Source of the DNA: Mariprofundaceae bacterium
GTDB taxonomy: Bacteria; Pseudomonadota; Zetaproteobacteria; Mariprofundales; Mariprofundaceae
Direction of reading: 5' to 3'
Assembly: GCA_015488125.1 (NCBI GenBank)
Contig: WFOJ01000096.1
Span: 1-51,471 of the forward strand
Length of the DNA: 51,471 nt
This document shows positions 1-10,539 of the stretch, in pieces; position 1 is the first letter of the stretch, and every line of letters begins with the position of its first letter. Both the position numbers and the translations under genes were made by a program. Below the pieces are notes generated by a model. It saw nothing but the letters and a program-made list of their open reading frames with translations, was not told the DNA's origin and made no database searches.

Positions 1-1128
1 CGCAAAAACGCCGCGATCATCCACCGGATTGAAAACGGGCAGACCATATTTCATACCCACCACATAGTCTTCCTGACCATGGCCTGGCGCTGTATGAACG
101 CAGCCGGTACCGGCATCCAGCGTAACGTGATCGCCGAGAATCACCGGCACTTCGAGATCCAGCCAGGGATGCTGGAAACACCGATGTTCCAGCGCTGCTG
201 CCGACAGCCGCTGGATCACTTCACCCTGCATGTCAAGCTGCTGCAACACCTCTTCATACAAGCCATCGGCCAGCAGCAGTACATCGCCAGCATGCAGCGG
301 TGTTGCGCCGGGTTGCGTGATGCGAACCGCCACATATGCCATGTGCTCACCCAGGGCAATAGCCTGATTGGCCGGCAAGGTCCACGGTGTCGTCGTCCAG
401 ATGACCGCCAGCACCCGCCCGCTGATGTCAGCTGGCAACACATCATTCATCGGAGTGGTGGCAGCAAAAGCCACAAACACGGCAGGCGAGCGATGTTCGG
501 CATATTCTACTTCTGCCTCAGCCAGTGCCGTATGACAGGAAGGACACCAATGCACAGGCTTGGCGCCACGATACAGCCCGCCATTAGCCAGAAAACGGCC
601 AATTTCGCGCACCGTATTGGCCTCAAAGGCATAATCCATGGTGATATAGGGATGATCCCAGTCACCGGTAATGCCCAGACGTTTGAAATCTTCGCGTTGC
701 AAGTCGATCTGCGTTTGCGCATATTCGCGACACAGACGACGGAATTCAGCGGCGCTGACATCTTCCGGTTTGCGTTTTTTCTTGCGCAGCTTCTCTTCCA
801 CTTTCAATTCGATCGGCAAGCCATGACAATCCCAGCCCGGCACATAAGGTGCATCAAAGCCCATCATCGAACGCGAACGCACCACAATATCTTTCAGCAC
901 CTTGTTGACAGCATGACCAATATGAATGCTGCCATTGGCATAAGGTGGGCCATCGTGCAGCACGAAACGCGGTGAACCCTTGCGTGCCTGGCGAATACGG
1001 GCATGCAAATCATCATCCTGCCATTGTTGTAAAATAGCAGGTTCACGTTTAGGCAGGTTGCCACGCATGGGAAAATCCGTTTGGGGCAGGAACACGGTCG
1101 AGCGATAGTCAAAAGCAGAATCGGACAA
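1..1128 (-). CDS. ileS: isoleucine--tRNA ligase, N-terminal 376 codons (gene continues beyond window start)
   Basis: Absent from the ORF track because it runs off the edge. My reverse-complement translation from TTG at 1128 (in-frame TGA four codons upstream) gives [82 protein letters not shown]. This carries the HIGH motif and the typical IleRS N-terminus. Confidence 0.93.
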   Translation of the reverse strand, partial: MSDSAFDYRSTVFLPQTDFPMRGNLPKREPAILQQWQDDDLHARIRQARKGSPRFVLHDGPPYANGSIHIGHAVNKVLKDIVVRSRSMMGFDAPYVPGWDCHGLPIELKVEEKLRKKKRKPEDVSAAEFRRLCREYAQTQIDLQREDFKRLGITGDWDHPYITMDYAFEANTVREIGRFLANGGLYRGAKPVHWCPSCHTALAEAEVEYAEHRSPAVFVAFAATTPMNDVLPADISGRVLAVIWTTTPWTLPANQAIALGEHMAYVAVRITQPGATPLHAGDVLLLADGLYEEVLQQLDMQGEVIQRLSAAALEHRCFQHPWLDLEVPVILGDHVTLDAGTGCVHTAPGHGQEDYVVGMKYGLPVFNPVDDRGVFA

Positions 1129-1451
1129 TGCAAATCCTCACACAGGTCTGGCATGAAACACGACGAAGACTTCGTCGCCAATAGCGGACAACACACAGCC
1201 GTCCCCGTCCATGCGGGAACAAACGTGCAGGCTCCGCTTCATACATTCATGCCAAAGCCAGAAAATGGGCCGCAGTATAAGCAATTTCGCGGTAATGTAT
1301 AATAGGAAATGAATCGCTCTTTGCGTCACTCAAGGCCAGTGATGAAGTACTTGCCACAACCGCAAGGATACGTCGGTCAGAAAATATTGTCCGCCACCTT
1401 ACCCGTTAAAACTGTTACAAGTCTAACGGACAAGCATCGAACTCAGCAGAT

Positions 1452-2645
1452 TCAATGCCTGGGCCTTCTCCCCAAAACATCCTCTATGCCCGCATTATTT
1501 GTCAACCTGACATAATACGTACGTAATGCTTGATACACCACATTGGCATCAAACAGTTGTTCTGCCCGTTTTTTTGCTTTTTCACCCATTATTCGGCATT
1601 GCCGAGGATTACCCAGGAACGTCTTGATGCATGCCAGCAATTCCTGAACATCACCTGCCGGAAACAGCAATCCCGTCTCTCCATCAACAATAGCATCAAT
1701 CAAACCTGAAATACGTGTACCAATAGCGGGTAATCCACAGGCAGCGGCCTCAATAACAACGCTTCCAAAGCCTTCGCGATAGCTGGGTAAACAAAATACA
1801 TCCGCCGCCATAAACATCTGTTCGGGCTGAGCGACAAAACCGGTAACATGCAGCCGCTCACGACATTCCCCGATCCGCGCATAGACTTCCGGAAGTATGT
1901 TCCCTTCATCAGGGCCGGCCAGAATCAGATGTGCCTGTTTGTCTGGCAACAACGCGAAGGCATCAACCAGATCAAGAATGCCTTTATCCCTGTGTAGTCT
2001 TCCAAGATACAGGAAAACGATCCTGTCGAGCGGAATTCCCAGTTCAGCACGAATGTTTTTTCTTGTTGTTGTATCAGGATGAAATCTTGATATATCGACA
2101 CCAGAAAGCGAGCCGTTGCCCAGCACCGGCAACGCATTGCCACACACTTTAATTCCCTGCTTTTCAAGAAATTTCGACTGAGAGTGACTATCCGTCATGC
2201 ACACAGTGTTCAGCATAACAATCAGACGATCTATTCCCTGATATATCCTGCGGATCACCCCTTGCTTTGTTGCCCACACTTGTCCTGTAAACGTGTGTAG
2301 TCTCACCGGAACCCTGCACAAAAAACCAGCGATTGCGGCCAACAGGCCAGCTTTGGGCATAATGGAATGGACAATATCAGGTTGAATATCCTGAAAAACC
2401 TTGTACAAGGCTAACAAAGCTTTCAGATCAGTCCACGGTGACACCTTGCGTTCCAGATCCAGGTCGATCCAATGCACATGGGGATAGTCTTTGCTGTTTT
2501 CAGATACATCCTTTCCCACAACCCAAGTTTCAAAATCCTCAGGCATGCGTCGCAAGGTATTGGCAAGATGCCATGGCACAACATAGGAAGCTGTTACGAC
2601 GCGAACAACCCGTAACCTGTGCGCTGATGACTTAGCAGCTGACAT
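1452..2645 (-). CDS. GT-B fold glycosyltransferase (GT4-like), last gene of the polysaccharide locus
   Basis: 397-aa ORF. The C-terminal region EGFGSVVIEAAACGLPAIGTRISGLIDAIVDGETGLLFP is the classic GT4 E-x7-E nucleotide-sugar binding region. Confidence 0.85.
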   Translation of the reverse strand: MSAAKSSAHRLRVVRVVTASYVVPWHLANTLRRMPEDFETWVVGKDVSENSKDYPHVHWIDLDLERKVSPWTDLKALLALYKVFQDIQPDIVHSIMPKAGLLAAIAGFLCRVPVRLHTFTGQVWATKQGVIRRIYQGIDRLIVMLNTVCMTDSHSQSKFLEKQGIKVCGNALPVLGNGSLSGVDISRFHPDTTTRKNIRAELGIPLDRIVFLYLGRLHRDKGILDLVDAFALLPDKQAHLILAGPDEGNILPEVYARIGECRERLHVTGFVAQPEQMFMAADVFCLPSYREGFGSVVIEAAACGLPAIGTRISGLIDAIVDGETGLLFPAGDVQELLACIKTFLGNPRQCRIMGEKAKKRAEQLFDANVVYQALRTYYVRLTNNAGIEDVLGRRPRH

Positions 2646-2850
2646 GCCGCCAAGCCTTAACCAGTTCGCTTATACCTTGCGCTGGTATTCGTTTCGTTTC
2701 GCACAAATCACCGATATATCGGATGATGCCTGGCAGTGGCAATCCATCAACTTTTCGAGTCAGATAACGTACTTCATCGTCCAGTGCTACATGCCGTACG
2801 ACCAGATGACGACCAACAAAGCCCGTTTCGCCTGTTACTGCTATCTTCAT
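2632..2850 (-). pseudogene. truncated remnant of an NAD-dependent epimerase/dehydratase (SDR), N-terminal ~60 aa only
   Basis: 72-aa ORF MKIAVTGETGFVGRHLV..RYLTRK has the Rossmann GxxGxxG start of extended SDRs. It stops long before the YxxxK catalytic region, and its 3' end overlaps the start of the next glycosyltransferase. Confidence 0.5.
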
Positions 2851-2877
2851 GATCGAAATTCACGCTCATGCCGCATA

Positions 2878-4131
2878 TTACACGTGTTGATCAATCACAT
2901 TCTCCAGAAAATCCAAAAGTGTTATTGCCAGTGTTTCATGCGACCATGGCAGAATGATATCTCTACTGACACCCCGAGGGCATTTCTGCTGCCATTTTTT
3001 CAGTATTTCTGAAACTTCCCCTGAAGTGTTGGCGACTGCGCCCGTATTCAGGCTTTCGATCATTTCGGATGCCACATTGCCCCTTGGTCCCAGGGCAATA
3101 ATTGGTCTCCCTGAAGCCAGGTATTCGAAAAGCTTGCCCGTATAAACACCGCGCTGCCTGGGATCATTCCACAAGGCCAATAGCAACGCATCTGCCTCAC
3201 GTTGCAGACGAAGCGCATCTTCCCGTGGCACGGGATCGTGAAAAAACACCTTGTCGGTTACGCCATACGCCCTGGCCTTCATTTCGGCATACCCAAACTG
3301 CCTGCCATAAAAATGAACCTGAATCTCAGGCATTTGAGCAATCGCGGCAAATAATGGTGAAACATCCTGTTTTTCACCGTAAAGGATGCCCGTATAAACA
3401 ATTTGGAAACACTTATCCTCATGTTTTTTCAATGATGCCACTGATGCATCGCATACATCATCTGGATCCCAACCATTGGGCAAGGTCAGAACAGCTTGCT
3501 CATAGCGTTTGCGTAATGAATCAGCCAGAGGAACAGAAACAGTCACCAGACCCGACGAGCAAGAAAGAAGCCTTTTCTCCCAATTAGCATCAAGCCAGCG
3601 ACGCCAGCGAGGCAGGAAATCCAGGTAATGGTTACCGCTCCACAGGTCACGAAACTCAACAACCAGGGGGACATCGTAGATGTTGGCGAGTTTTTTCCCG
3701 AGAATCAGGGAGGAGTGAGGGGGAGCAGAAGCATAAATGACATCTGGTTTCCACCCGTTAAGCTGATCGCAAACGGTGCGAATGGCTGGTCGCACCCAGC
3801 CTCGCTGGCCATCCGGCCAATGAAGCAGCGTTCGGTACCAGGTTTCGAAGGTCCCCGGGGATCCACTACTGCCTCCAGAGGAATTAGCAGCTTTCCCCAA
3901 AGCCATACGCAAAAAAGCGCGAGCTAAACCATCAATGTCCACCCACGAAGAACGTATCACGCGCTCTTCCGGGAGTTCGCAGCGTATAGCTTCAGGATAG
4001 GGCTGCGGTGCGGCTGTTACCACGCGAACATCTGCGCCTTGCCTTAACAGCCATTTGCTGAGTTTCCCCCCTCGCACGGCAGCAATATTATTGTAGGGTG
4101 GGTAGAAAAAGGAAAGATAAAGAATTCTCAC
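2878..4131 (-). CDS. glycosyltransferase (GT-B, Glyco_trans_1_4-like)
   Basis: 417-aa ORF starting MRILYLSFFYPPYNN. C-terminal GKLFEYLASGRPIIALGP motif. 4-nt overlap with the upstream asnB-like gene. Confidence 0.75.
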   Translation of the reverse strand: MRILYLSFFYPPYNNIAAVRGGKLSKWLLRQGADVRVVTAAPQPYPEAIRCELPEERVIRSSWVDIDGLARAFLRMALGKAANSSGGSSGSPGTFETWYRTLLHWPDGQRGWVRPAIRTVCDQLNGWKPDVIYASAPPHSSLILGKKLANIYDVPLVVEFRDLWSGNHYLDFLPRWRRWLDANWEKRLLSCSSGLVTVSVPLADSLRKRYEQAVLTLPNGWDPDDVCDASVASLKKHEDKCFQIVYTGILYGEKQDVSPLFAAIAQMPEIQVHFYGRQFGYAEMKARAYGVTDKVFFHDPVPREDALRLQREADALLLALWNDPRQRGVYTGKLFEYLASGRPIIALGPRGNVASEMIESLNTGAVANTSGEVSEILKKWQQKCPRGVSRDIILPWSHETLAITLLDFLENVIDQHV

Positions 4132-6074
4132 GGTGTGGATTCCAGGCGAATGGAAAACGTCTTAACCCACCGGATCAAATTCAGCCATCGCCAGGTTTGC
4201 CAGTCAAAATCGCGCTGTCCCACCAATATCTCTTGCCATGTCTGGAGCATCGCTGTTTTGCTCAGGCATGGCATACAATCAGCTTCATGCAGCGTCTCCT
4301 CCACCCAGGGACGCAGTTCCTCCAGCCATTGCCTCTCCGGTGTAGCAAAACCGACCTTGTCCCGGCGATCCAGAATGTTATCCGGCACTATGCCGCGCAT
4401 AGCTTGCTTGAATACAGATTTTGTCTGGCCGGTGCCATCAATCAGGTAGCTTTCCGGAAGGGATAACGCGAACGCCGCCATCTCACGAGTCAGGAACGGT
4501 ACCCGGCTTTCGATGGAAAAGCGCATGGAATTCCTGTCACCATGCCGCAGTAATGCCGGTAGTCCGCGACGGGTTAATTGCCGTGCCAGTTCCTCGCGTA
4601 CATAATAACGGCTTTGGAAGCCTTCTTTGATGACTGGAAGATTGGTTCGAAGCTTGTGTTCTTGCAGCCAATCCTTGTTCAGCCAGGGAGGAGTGACCGA
4701 GCCACGACCGATGGAACGAAGTGCGGGATAAAGGCAAGCAGGTGTAAACTGAGCCACCAGACGCTTGAATACATCCGCCTTCGAACGATCAGGCCAACGA
4801 CTTGTCGCCTGAAAAAAACGCCATGCCTCCAGAACCTGGCCAGCCATGATCAGACTTTTAAGACGCTCTGCGGGAAAACCCATGTAGCCTGCGAACATCT
4901 CATCAGCGCCCTGTCCGTCAAGCGTTACAGTAACACCAGCTTCGCGGGCAAGGCGAAACACCCGGTATTGCGCATAGATGCTCGTGCTACCAAACGGCTC
5001 GCCCTGAGCCTGGATCAGATCATCCAGATCGTCCGTCAATTCCCGCGGACCAATACGCACTTTATATGCCTTGGAGCCAACATGATGAATAACGGTATCG
5101 GCCCAGGCCTCTTCATCTACCTCAGTTCCTGCCGCCACGTAGGTAAACGTCTTCAGTGGCATGTCCGGTTCCAGGTGACGGATGGCACAGGTCACGGCGG
5201 AGGAATCCACACCCCCGGAAAGCGCCGCGCCCAATGGTACATCGCTGCGCAGGTGCAGCCGCACATTCTTCAAAAACAGCTCGCGCAGCGCCTCAGCCGC
5301 CTCGGAAAAACTCAATGATGAGGTTCTGGTCAAATCCGGCTTCCAGTAGCGTTGCTGTTCGATAACCTCACCGGTATTTGTATCGATGGTCATGCAATGT
5401 CCTGGTGGAAGATGCAAAACTCCTTCCACCATGGTTTCATCCTGCGAGTCATAATCGCCAAAGATAAGATAATCATAGATGCGTTGCGGATCAGCCTTGC
5501 ACTCTACCGCAGGAGACCGCAACATCACAGGCAACTCGGAAGCAAAAAAGCATTGCCCGGATTTCGCTGCGGCATAATACAGCGGCTTGATGCCAAAGTG
5601 ATCCCGAATCAGGTACAGCTTTTTCTCCCTGTCGTCGTGAATCGCCATGGCAAACATGCCGGAAAAGCGGTTCAGGCACGCCAGCCCCCAACAGGCAAAA
5701 GCCTGAAGAACCACCTCGCTATCGGTATCTGTCCTAAATCGAACGCCCTGCGACCTCAGCTCTTCGCGCAATTCCAGATAGTTGTAAACCTCTCCGTTAA
5801 ACGAGAGCCGAAAACGACCATCCTCGGTCATCATCGGCTGTTTTCCAAGTGGGGAGAGGTCGAGAATCGAGAGCCGAACATGTCCGATAAACAGCGGTAC
5901 ATCGTCCCTCAGCTCATGTTCCCGCTCACACCATCGGCCATCTGCTAACTGAAACATCATGCCATGGTCATCAGGTCCACGGTGCCTTAACAAACGAAAA
6001 GCATCGGCAACCGTCTTCCGCACATTCCCCTGGGATCGCTCACCCCGCGACACCCAGCCGAAAATTCCACACAT
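4128..6074 (-). CDS. AsnB-family glutamine-dependent amidotransferase (asparagine synthetase-like), probable sugar uronamide-forming enzyme
   Basis: 648 aa. N-terminal MCGIFG (Cys2 nucleophile of class II GATases) and the PP-loop ALSGGVDSSAV. Confidence 0.9.
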   Translation of the reverse strand: MCGIFGWVSRGERSQGNVRKTVADAFRLLRHRGPDDHGMMFQLADGRWCEREHELRDDVPLFIGHVRLSILDLSPLGKQPMMTEDGRFRLSFNGEVYNYLELREELRSQGVRFRTDTDSEVVLQAFACWGLACLNRFSGMFAMAIHDDREKKLYLIRDHFGIKPLYYAAAKSGQCFFASELPVMLRSPAVECKADPQRIYDYLIFGDYDSQDETMVEGVLHLPPGHCMTIDTNTGEVIEQQRYWKPDLTRTSSLSFSEAAEALRELFLKNVRLHLRSDVPLGAALSGGVDSSAVTCAIRHLEPDMPLKTFTYVAAGTEVDEEAWADTVIHHVGSKAYKVRIGPRELTDDLDDLIQAQGEPFGSTSIYAQYRVFRLAREAGVTVTLDGQGADEMFAGYMGFPAERLKSLIMAGQVLEAWRFFQATSRWPDRSKADVFKRLVAQFTPACLYPALRSIGRGSVTPPWLNKDWLQEHKLRTNLPVIKEGFQSRYYVREELARQLTRRGLPALLRHGDRNSMRFSIESRVPFLTREMAAFALSLPESYLIDGTGQTKSVFKQAMRGIVPDNILDRRDKVGFATPERQWLEELRPWVEETLHEADCMPCLSKTAMLQTWQEILVGQRDFDWQTWRWLNLIRWVKTFSIRLESTP

Positions 6075-6210
6075 CTAATTGTTTGTGAGAATATCAACAG
6101 TACACTGGAGTGAGTTTTCAGTCACATACAGTATCCGGGCGGTGGGCCCCTGTGTCACTGCTACAGTTTTAAGTAATTTAAAACGAGTACTCATCAAGGA
6201 TACCGTCCCA

Positions 6211-7353
6211 TTATACCTGCCTGCTACCTTCGATATTCTTTGATGCCATGTATTCTCTTTTCATTTTATCCGCTATAAATATGGGATCATGCCATCGCTC
6301 CGCAAAACTCCGACTCTTCCGTCCAATGAGAGCCAGCCTTTCTTTTTTCTCCATTAAACAGCGTTTGAGTACCAAATAAATCGTATTTGGTTCAGCTTGA
6401 ATGACAGGCAGGTCTCCTCGCATGGTTTCGGGAATAAATTTCAGATCGGATTGGCGAATATAGGCAATCACAGGTTTTCCCAATGCCATGAACTCTAACG
6501 CCAATCCTCCATACCATCCAGCCAGCAACTGGTCGATCAGGATGTCCGCTTTCTCGTAATAGCTGCGGGCTTCGTCGTTTGACATACCTTCAACGAGAAC
6601 AAAGTCAAAATTCAGCCCTTCATCTTTCAAACGCCGTACTGCCGCCTCGATATAACGGGTGCCTTTAACCTGACGGTGGCTGGGCGCATGAAGCACCAGA
6701 GGGCGACAATTATCCGTGGAAACCGGTTTCCAGCTTTCCAGATCGACAGACGCATAGGGTAAGAACACTGCCCGCCTGGGGAGAACATGCAGCAAGTCTG
6801 GATTCAACGCATAAATGCGATCAGCATATTTATCGAATGCCCCTATTCGCTCCCGTTTTATCTGGTCTGATATGTTTGTGTAATAATCATCATCAACTTC
6901 TTTGGCAAATGTAATCGCAAAATGCTCCCGACAGTAGTCCCCTTGCCTGGCATCATCTCCCTGAAATGTCACCACGATCACCTTACCAAGCCACTTGAGA
7001 ATCTTGAGATCGAAGTTTTCAAAAACGCGCACATAAAGTTGATAAATCAACCTAAGCCATACAGGGAAGGCTTTCGCCCTGTTGCTATACAATGCCATTC
7101 GGGAAGGCATGATGGTTTGCCCGAAGTTGTAATGAATAACATCATAACGCAAAGCTCGCCAAAGCAGTCGCCAGCGCGCCAATTCGCCTCTGACGACCCC
7201 AGAACCTTCAGTCAACAGAACCTCATCAGCAGGATAGTTGAAGTAATTTTGTCGAAATACGATTAGCTTGCTATCAAGGCCAATCTTGCGTTCAGCCCGT
7301 GCCAGTTGAACCGCATGCCCACCTACCAGATCAGGGCAGTGAAGAACTTTCAT
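6211..7353 (-). CDS. glycosyltransferase-like protein (paralog of 10540..11877)
   Basis: 380 aa. The C-terminal block HAPSHRQVKGTRYIEAAVRRLKDEGLNFDFVLVEGMSNDE..ADILIDQLLAGWYGGLALEFMALGKPVI is shared almost motif-for-motif with ORF 10540..11877. Confidence 0.6.
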   Translation of the reverse strand: MKVLHCPDLVGGHAVQLARAERKIGLDSKLIVFRQNYFNYPADEVLLTEGSGVVRGELARWRLLWRALRYDVIHYNFGQTIMPSRMALYSNRAKAFPVWLRLIYQLYVRVFENFDLKILKWLGKVIVVTFQGDDARQGDYCREHFAITFAKEVDDDYYTNISDQIKRERIGAFDKYADRIYALNPDLLHVLPRRAVFLPYASVDLESWKPVSTDNCRPLVLHAPSHRQVKGTRYIEAAVRRLKDEGLNFDFVLVEGMSNDEARSYYEKADILIDQLLAGWYGGLALEFMALGKPVIAYIRQSDLKFIPETMRGDLPVIQAEPNTIYLVLKRCLMEKKERLALIGRKSRSFAERWHDPIFIADKMKREYMASKNIEGSRQV

Positions 7354-8237
7354 TCAACCTTTTTACCTCGCATGGTAATTCCATAGTGATCGACAAACTC
7401 ATGGGTTATTTTTAACTTTGCATTCCGAAACCACTTGCGAATTTCTTCCAGTCTATGCCTTGAACATAGCTGTGGATGATACCAGTCATAATTGATAACA
7501 ATGTTTTCCTGTTCTGAAAGTTCAGGATTCCAAAAGCATTTCATGAAGAAATGATAGATAAAACGTTGTAAATCGTATTCGCCTGCCTCAATATCCAGAA
7601 TATCAACAGCAGGAGCCTGGAACTTCACATCAAGCGCACTGAGAGCCTTACCCAGTGCAGTGATCTGCTCGCAAGCCTTCAATGCATCCTCGTACGAAAG
7701 CCCTGCAATTCTTTCGCGTACAAAATCATCAACAAATTCTCTTACCGGCGCCTTCTGCTTATACACATAAATAGCAATTTCGCCGCCATCTTCGAGAATA
7801 GATGTGAGATTGGAAAAAGCACGCGCTGGATCACTCGTGTGATGCAATACTTCCTGGCAGTAAATAAAATCGAATCGGCCCAAATCACTCAGATCACCCA
7901 GCAAATCCTTATCGGCAAAACTTATATTGATGCTATCCTGAAGATTTTTCCGGGCAATATCAGCCGCTACCAAATCAACGCCCATGATATGGGTTTTGTC
8001 AGGGTCAGTATATTTTCGTAGTAATGCCGTAACCCTGCCATTGCCACAGCCGGCATCCAGGATGCTTTTTTTATCGGAGAGAAACCGTCTCAACGCATCG
8101 GGAGAATCAAATCCGTTACGGGACAAAATCCACTGAAAAATATCACTGCCTTCGGTGATAGTGCTCTCAAAAGCACAATTTTCATTATTGCTCCACTTAT
8201 CGTGAAAGCTTTTTTTTGTATTACATGAATCGCTCAT
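7350..8237 (-). CDS. class I SAM-dependent methyltransferase
   Basis: 295 aa. Motif I is ILDAGCGNGRVT. 4-nt overlap with the downstream gene. Confidence 0.85.
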   Translation of the reverse strand: MSDSCNTKKSFHDKWSNNENCAFESTITEGSDIFQWILSRNGFDSPDALRRFLSDKKSILDAGCGNGRVTALLRKYTDPDKTHIMGVDLVAADIARKNLQDSINISFADKDLLGDLSDLGRFDFIYCQEVLHHTSDPARAFSNLTSILEDGGEIAIYVYKQKAPVREFVDDFVRERIAGLSYEDALKACEQITALGKALSALDVKFQAPAVDILDIEAGEYDLQRFIYHFFMKCFWNPELSEQENIVINYDWYHPQLCSRHRLEEIRKWFRNAKLKITHEFVDHYGITMRGKKVE

Positions 8238-8249
8238 ACTATTTCTCGT

Positions 8250-9119
8250 TTACAAAAGATCCTGAACGCCATCTTCAAAATGAACAACAGGATCCACAAG
8301 CAAAGACTTCATCTTTTTGATATCACCGATCAGGTTTCCCGATTCTGCAGATGGGTTAACTTCAAAAGTCGGTGTGGTATTCAGCTTTTCCCCAATAATC
8401 TCACATAACTCTCGTAGTGATAATGCATCAGGCCCTGCCACATTAAGGCGGTGACAACCTTTAAGCTTCAGAGCATGGGAAATAGCTCTGACCGCATCAG
8501 AAACATGAACAGGGTTGATATGCAACCCGTCGTTACCCTGAAGACGTACCGCTTTTCCATCCCTGATACTGTCAACCAGTCTGGGAATCAGCATGCTTCT
8601 TTTTTGTCCCTTGCCATAGACAAAAAAGAACCGAAGGAGGACGATATTCATGTAAGGCGCATAATTCTCTGCAAGCATTTCCGAGCAAAGCTTGCTCGAC
8701 AAATAGAAGCCAATGTTTCCACTGGCTGGAATGGTAATGCTTTCTTCCACGCTGTTTTCCGGAAATCCATACACGCCACCGCTGGATGCATAAATAAAGC
8801 TTTTTACCCCTGTTCTTCTGGCAAAGTCCAGAGCCTTGAGGACCTGAAAGGTATTTACCGAGAAAATATTGATTGCCTTATCGGGAAAATCACGAAAATA
8901 ATCCGACTGCGCCAGATACACGATTGCATCGGCTCGTTTTGGCAAGCTTCCGTCATCAAAGTCTTGTTCCAGGTCAATGCAGTGCCATGAGATGTCAGTT
9001 TTGTTGATCGCATGTTTTTTTCTTGAGACGGCGTGAATATTCCATGTGTCAGCCAGTTCTTTTACCAAATGCCGACCAATCAGTCCGCTAGCCCCTGTGA
9101 TGATCACCGTCTTACCCAT
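8250..9119 (-). CDS. NAD-dependent epimerase/dehydratase (extended SDR)
   Basis: MGKTVIITGASGLIGRHL Rossmann motif, YASSGGVYG and YLSSK (YxxxK). I chose the ATG at 9119 (M16 of the track ORF), which leaves an 8-nt overlap with the wzx stop. Confidence 0.85.
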   Translation of the reverse strand: MGKTVIITGASGLIGRHLVKELADTWNIHAVSRKKHAINKTDISWHCIDLEQDFDDGSLPKRADAIVYLAQSDYFRDFPDKAINIFSVNTFQVLKALDFARRTGVKSFIYASSGGVYGFPENSVEESITIPASGNIGFYLSSKLCSEMLAENYAPYMNIVLLRFFFVYGKGQKRSMLIPRLVDSIRDGKAVRLQGNDGLHINPVHVSDAVRAISHALKLKGCHRLNVAGPDALSLRELCEIIGEKLNTTPTFEVNPSAESGNLIGDIKKMKSLLVDPVVHFEDGVQDLL

Positions 9120-10539
9120 GCGCTGCTCCTTTATGAAATACCAATAGCCAGACTGTGATGACATACAATGCGCACAACAACAGTTTCAGGCCAACAACAT
9201 ACCAAGAAAGCTGATGCGACAACAACGCCAGCGATAACGACAAAAAACCAACGCACAATACAGATAAACCAATCAAATGAAACCACTGAATGGGCAGCGG
9301 GTGAAGTTTTTGCGTGTAATAAAGATAGGCTGAAGTCATGATTATGTAGGACAGTAAAGTAGCCCAGGCTGCGCCTGCAGCACCGAATGAAGGAATCAGT
9401 AACAGATTCAACAAGAAGTTACACCCCGCCGTCATCCATGCCAGACGTGCAAGAATATGCGTTTTTTTTTCCAGAGAAATGCCCAGTGCTGTCACCTGGG
9501 TTGTTGCCTGAAACACCAGGCCAATACTCAGGATTGCCAAAGGCAAGGCACTGTGCAGATACGCTTCAGGCATAATAACAACCACCAGTTCACCTGAAAA
9601 CAGCGCCAAACTTCCGCCAACAAGACCCATGGCTGCCAGCAAAAGCATGAAAATGCGAACATATTTTTCCCGGTAGGAATCAGGAAAATCCGTTTTTAGC
9701 TTGATCGCATACGGACTCCATGCCTGGCCAAACGCTGTGGAGAAAAACATGACAATAGCGGCAAGCCGAAAAGCCACGGAATACATACCCACTTCCGCTA
9801 CCGAACTCATGGAGGCAAGCATCCAGCGATCCATGGAAGCAAACAACCAGTAGGCCATACTGGCGAAGATGAATGGATAACCAAACTTTACCAGCTCTTT
9901 GATCCACCCGAAACTGATATTGCTCACTAAATCCTTCCTGATCAGCCATAAGCCGAGCGGCAGGGCAAGGCAAACAGCCAGCGCCTGCACCTCCATCATG
10001 CCATCAACCCCCCAGTTCAACTGCAAAACAACCAACACAGCCAGAGCCAGCCCCAGTGTTCGGGAGAGAAGAGAAAGCGAAAAAAACTTCCATGGTGCAA
10101 AATGCAGCCTTGTCACATCAAGGCAATAGGTCAGGTATTGGGTAGCCGCCATCAACACAAGCCCCGCAACAACGGCAGCCCAACTCATGGGTAGATGATG
10201 GGCCTCAATATACTTTTCAGCCAAAGGCAGCATGGCCAAACCGAGCAGCATCGCAAGGCACCCAAAAACAAATAGCGCAGCAAAACCGGAGCTGACCACC
10301 ACCGATCGCTGATCAACAGGCGTATCGGCATCCCAGTAAAAACGCTGCAAGGCATTATTGAGCCCACAGTTCATGAACATGGCAAGCAACGCGGTGGAAG
10401 TAAGCAGCAATTCCATCGCCCCGAAAGCATCAGGTGACAGTGCGGTCGCGATGATCGGGAAGGCAACAAAGGCAAGCAGTTTAGATATGGCATCGGCACC
10501 GCCATAGACAACAGAGTCTTTTAACAGGTTGTATTTCAC
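9112..10539 (-). CDS. wzx: MOP-superfamily oligosaccharide flippase (Wzx-like)
   Basis: 475 aa, hydrophobic throughout with about 12 predicted TM stretches. The N-terminus MKYNLLKDSVVYGGADAISKLLAFVAFPII is typical of polysaccharide biosynthesis/Wzx proteins. Confidence 0.8.
   Translation of the reverse strand: MKYNLLKDSVVYGGADAISKLLAFVAFPIIATALSPDAFGAMELLLTSTALLAMFMNCGLNNALQRFYWDADTPVDQRSVVVSSGFAALFVFGCLAMLLGLAMLPLAEKYIEAHHLPMSWAAVVAGLVLMAATQYLTYCLDVTRLHFAPWKFFSLSLLSRTLGLALAVLVVLQLNWGVDGMMEVQALAVCLALPLGLWLIRKDLVSNISFGWIKELVKFGYPFIFASMAYWLFASMDRWMLASMSSVAEVGMYSVAFRLAAIVMFFSTAFGQAWSPYAIKLKTDFPDSYREKYVRIFMLLLAAMGLVGGSLALFSGELVVVIMPEAYLHSALPLAILSIGLVFQATTQVTALGISLEKKTHILARLAWMTAGCNFLLNLLLIPSFGAAGAAWATLLSYIIMTSAYLYYTQKLHPLPIQWFHLIGLSVLCVGFLSLSLALLSHQLSWYVVGLKLLLCALYVITVWLLVFHKGAAHG

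Noticed and set aside
79-975. 298-aa + strand ORF
   Set aside because: It is the antisense shadow of ileS. The opposite strand translates into an unmistakable IleRS N-terminus, while this ORF is rich in R/H/Q/C with no recognisable motif.
4578-5948. + strand ORFs of 246 aa and 198 aa
   Set aside because: They are antisense to asnB copy 1.
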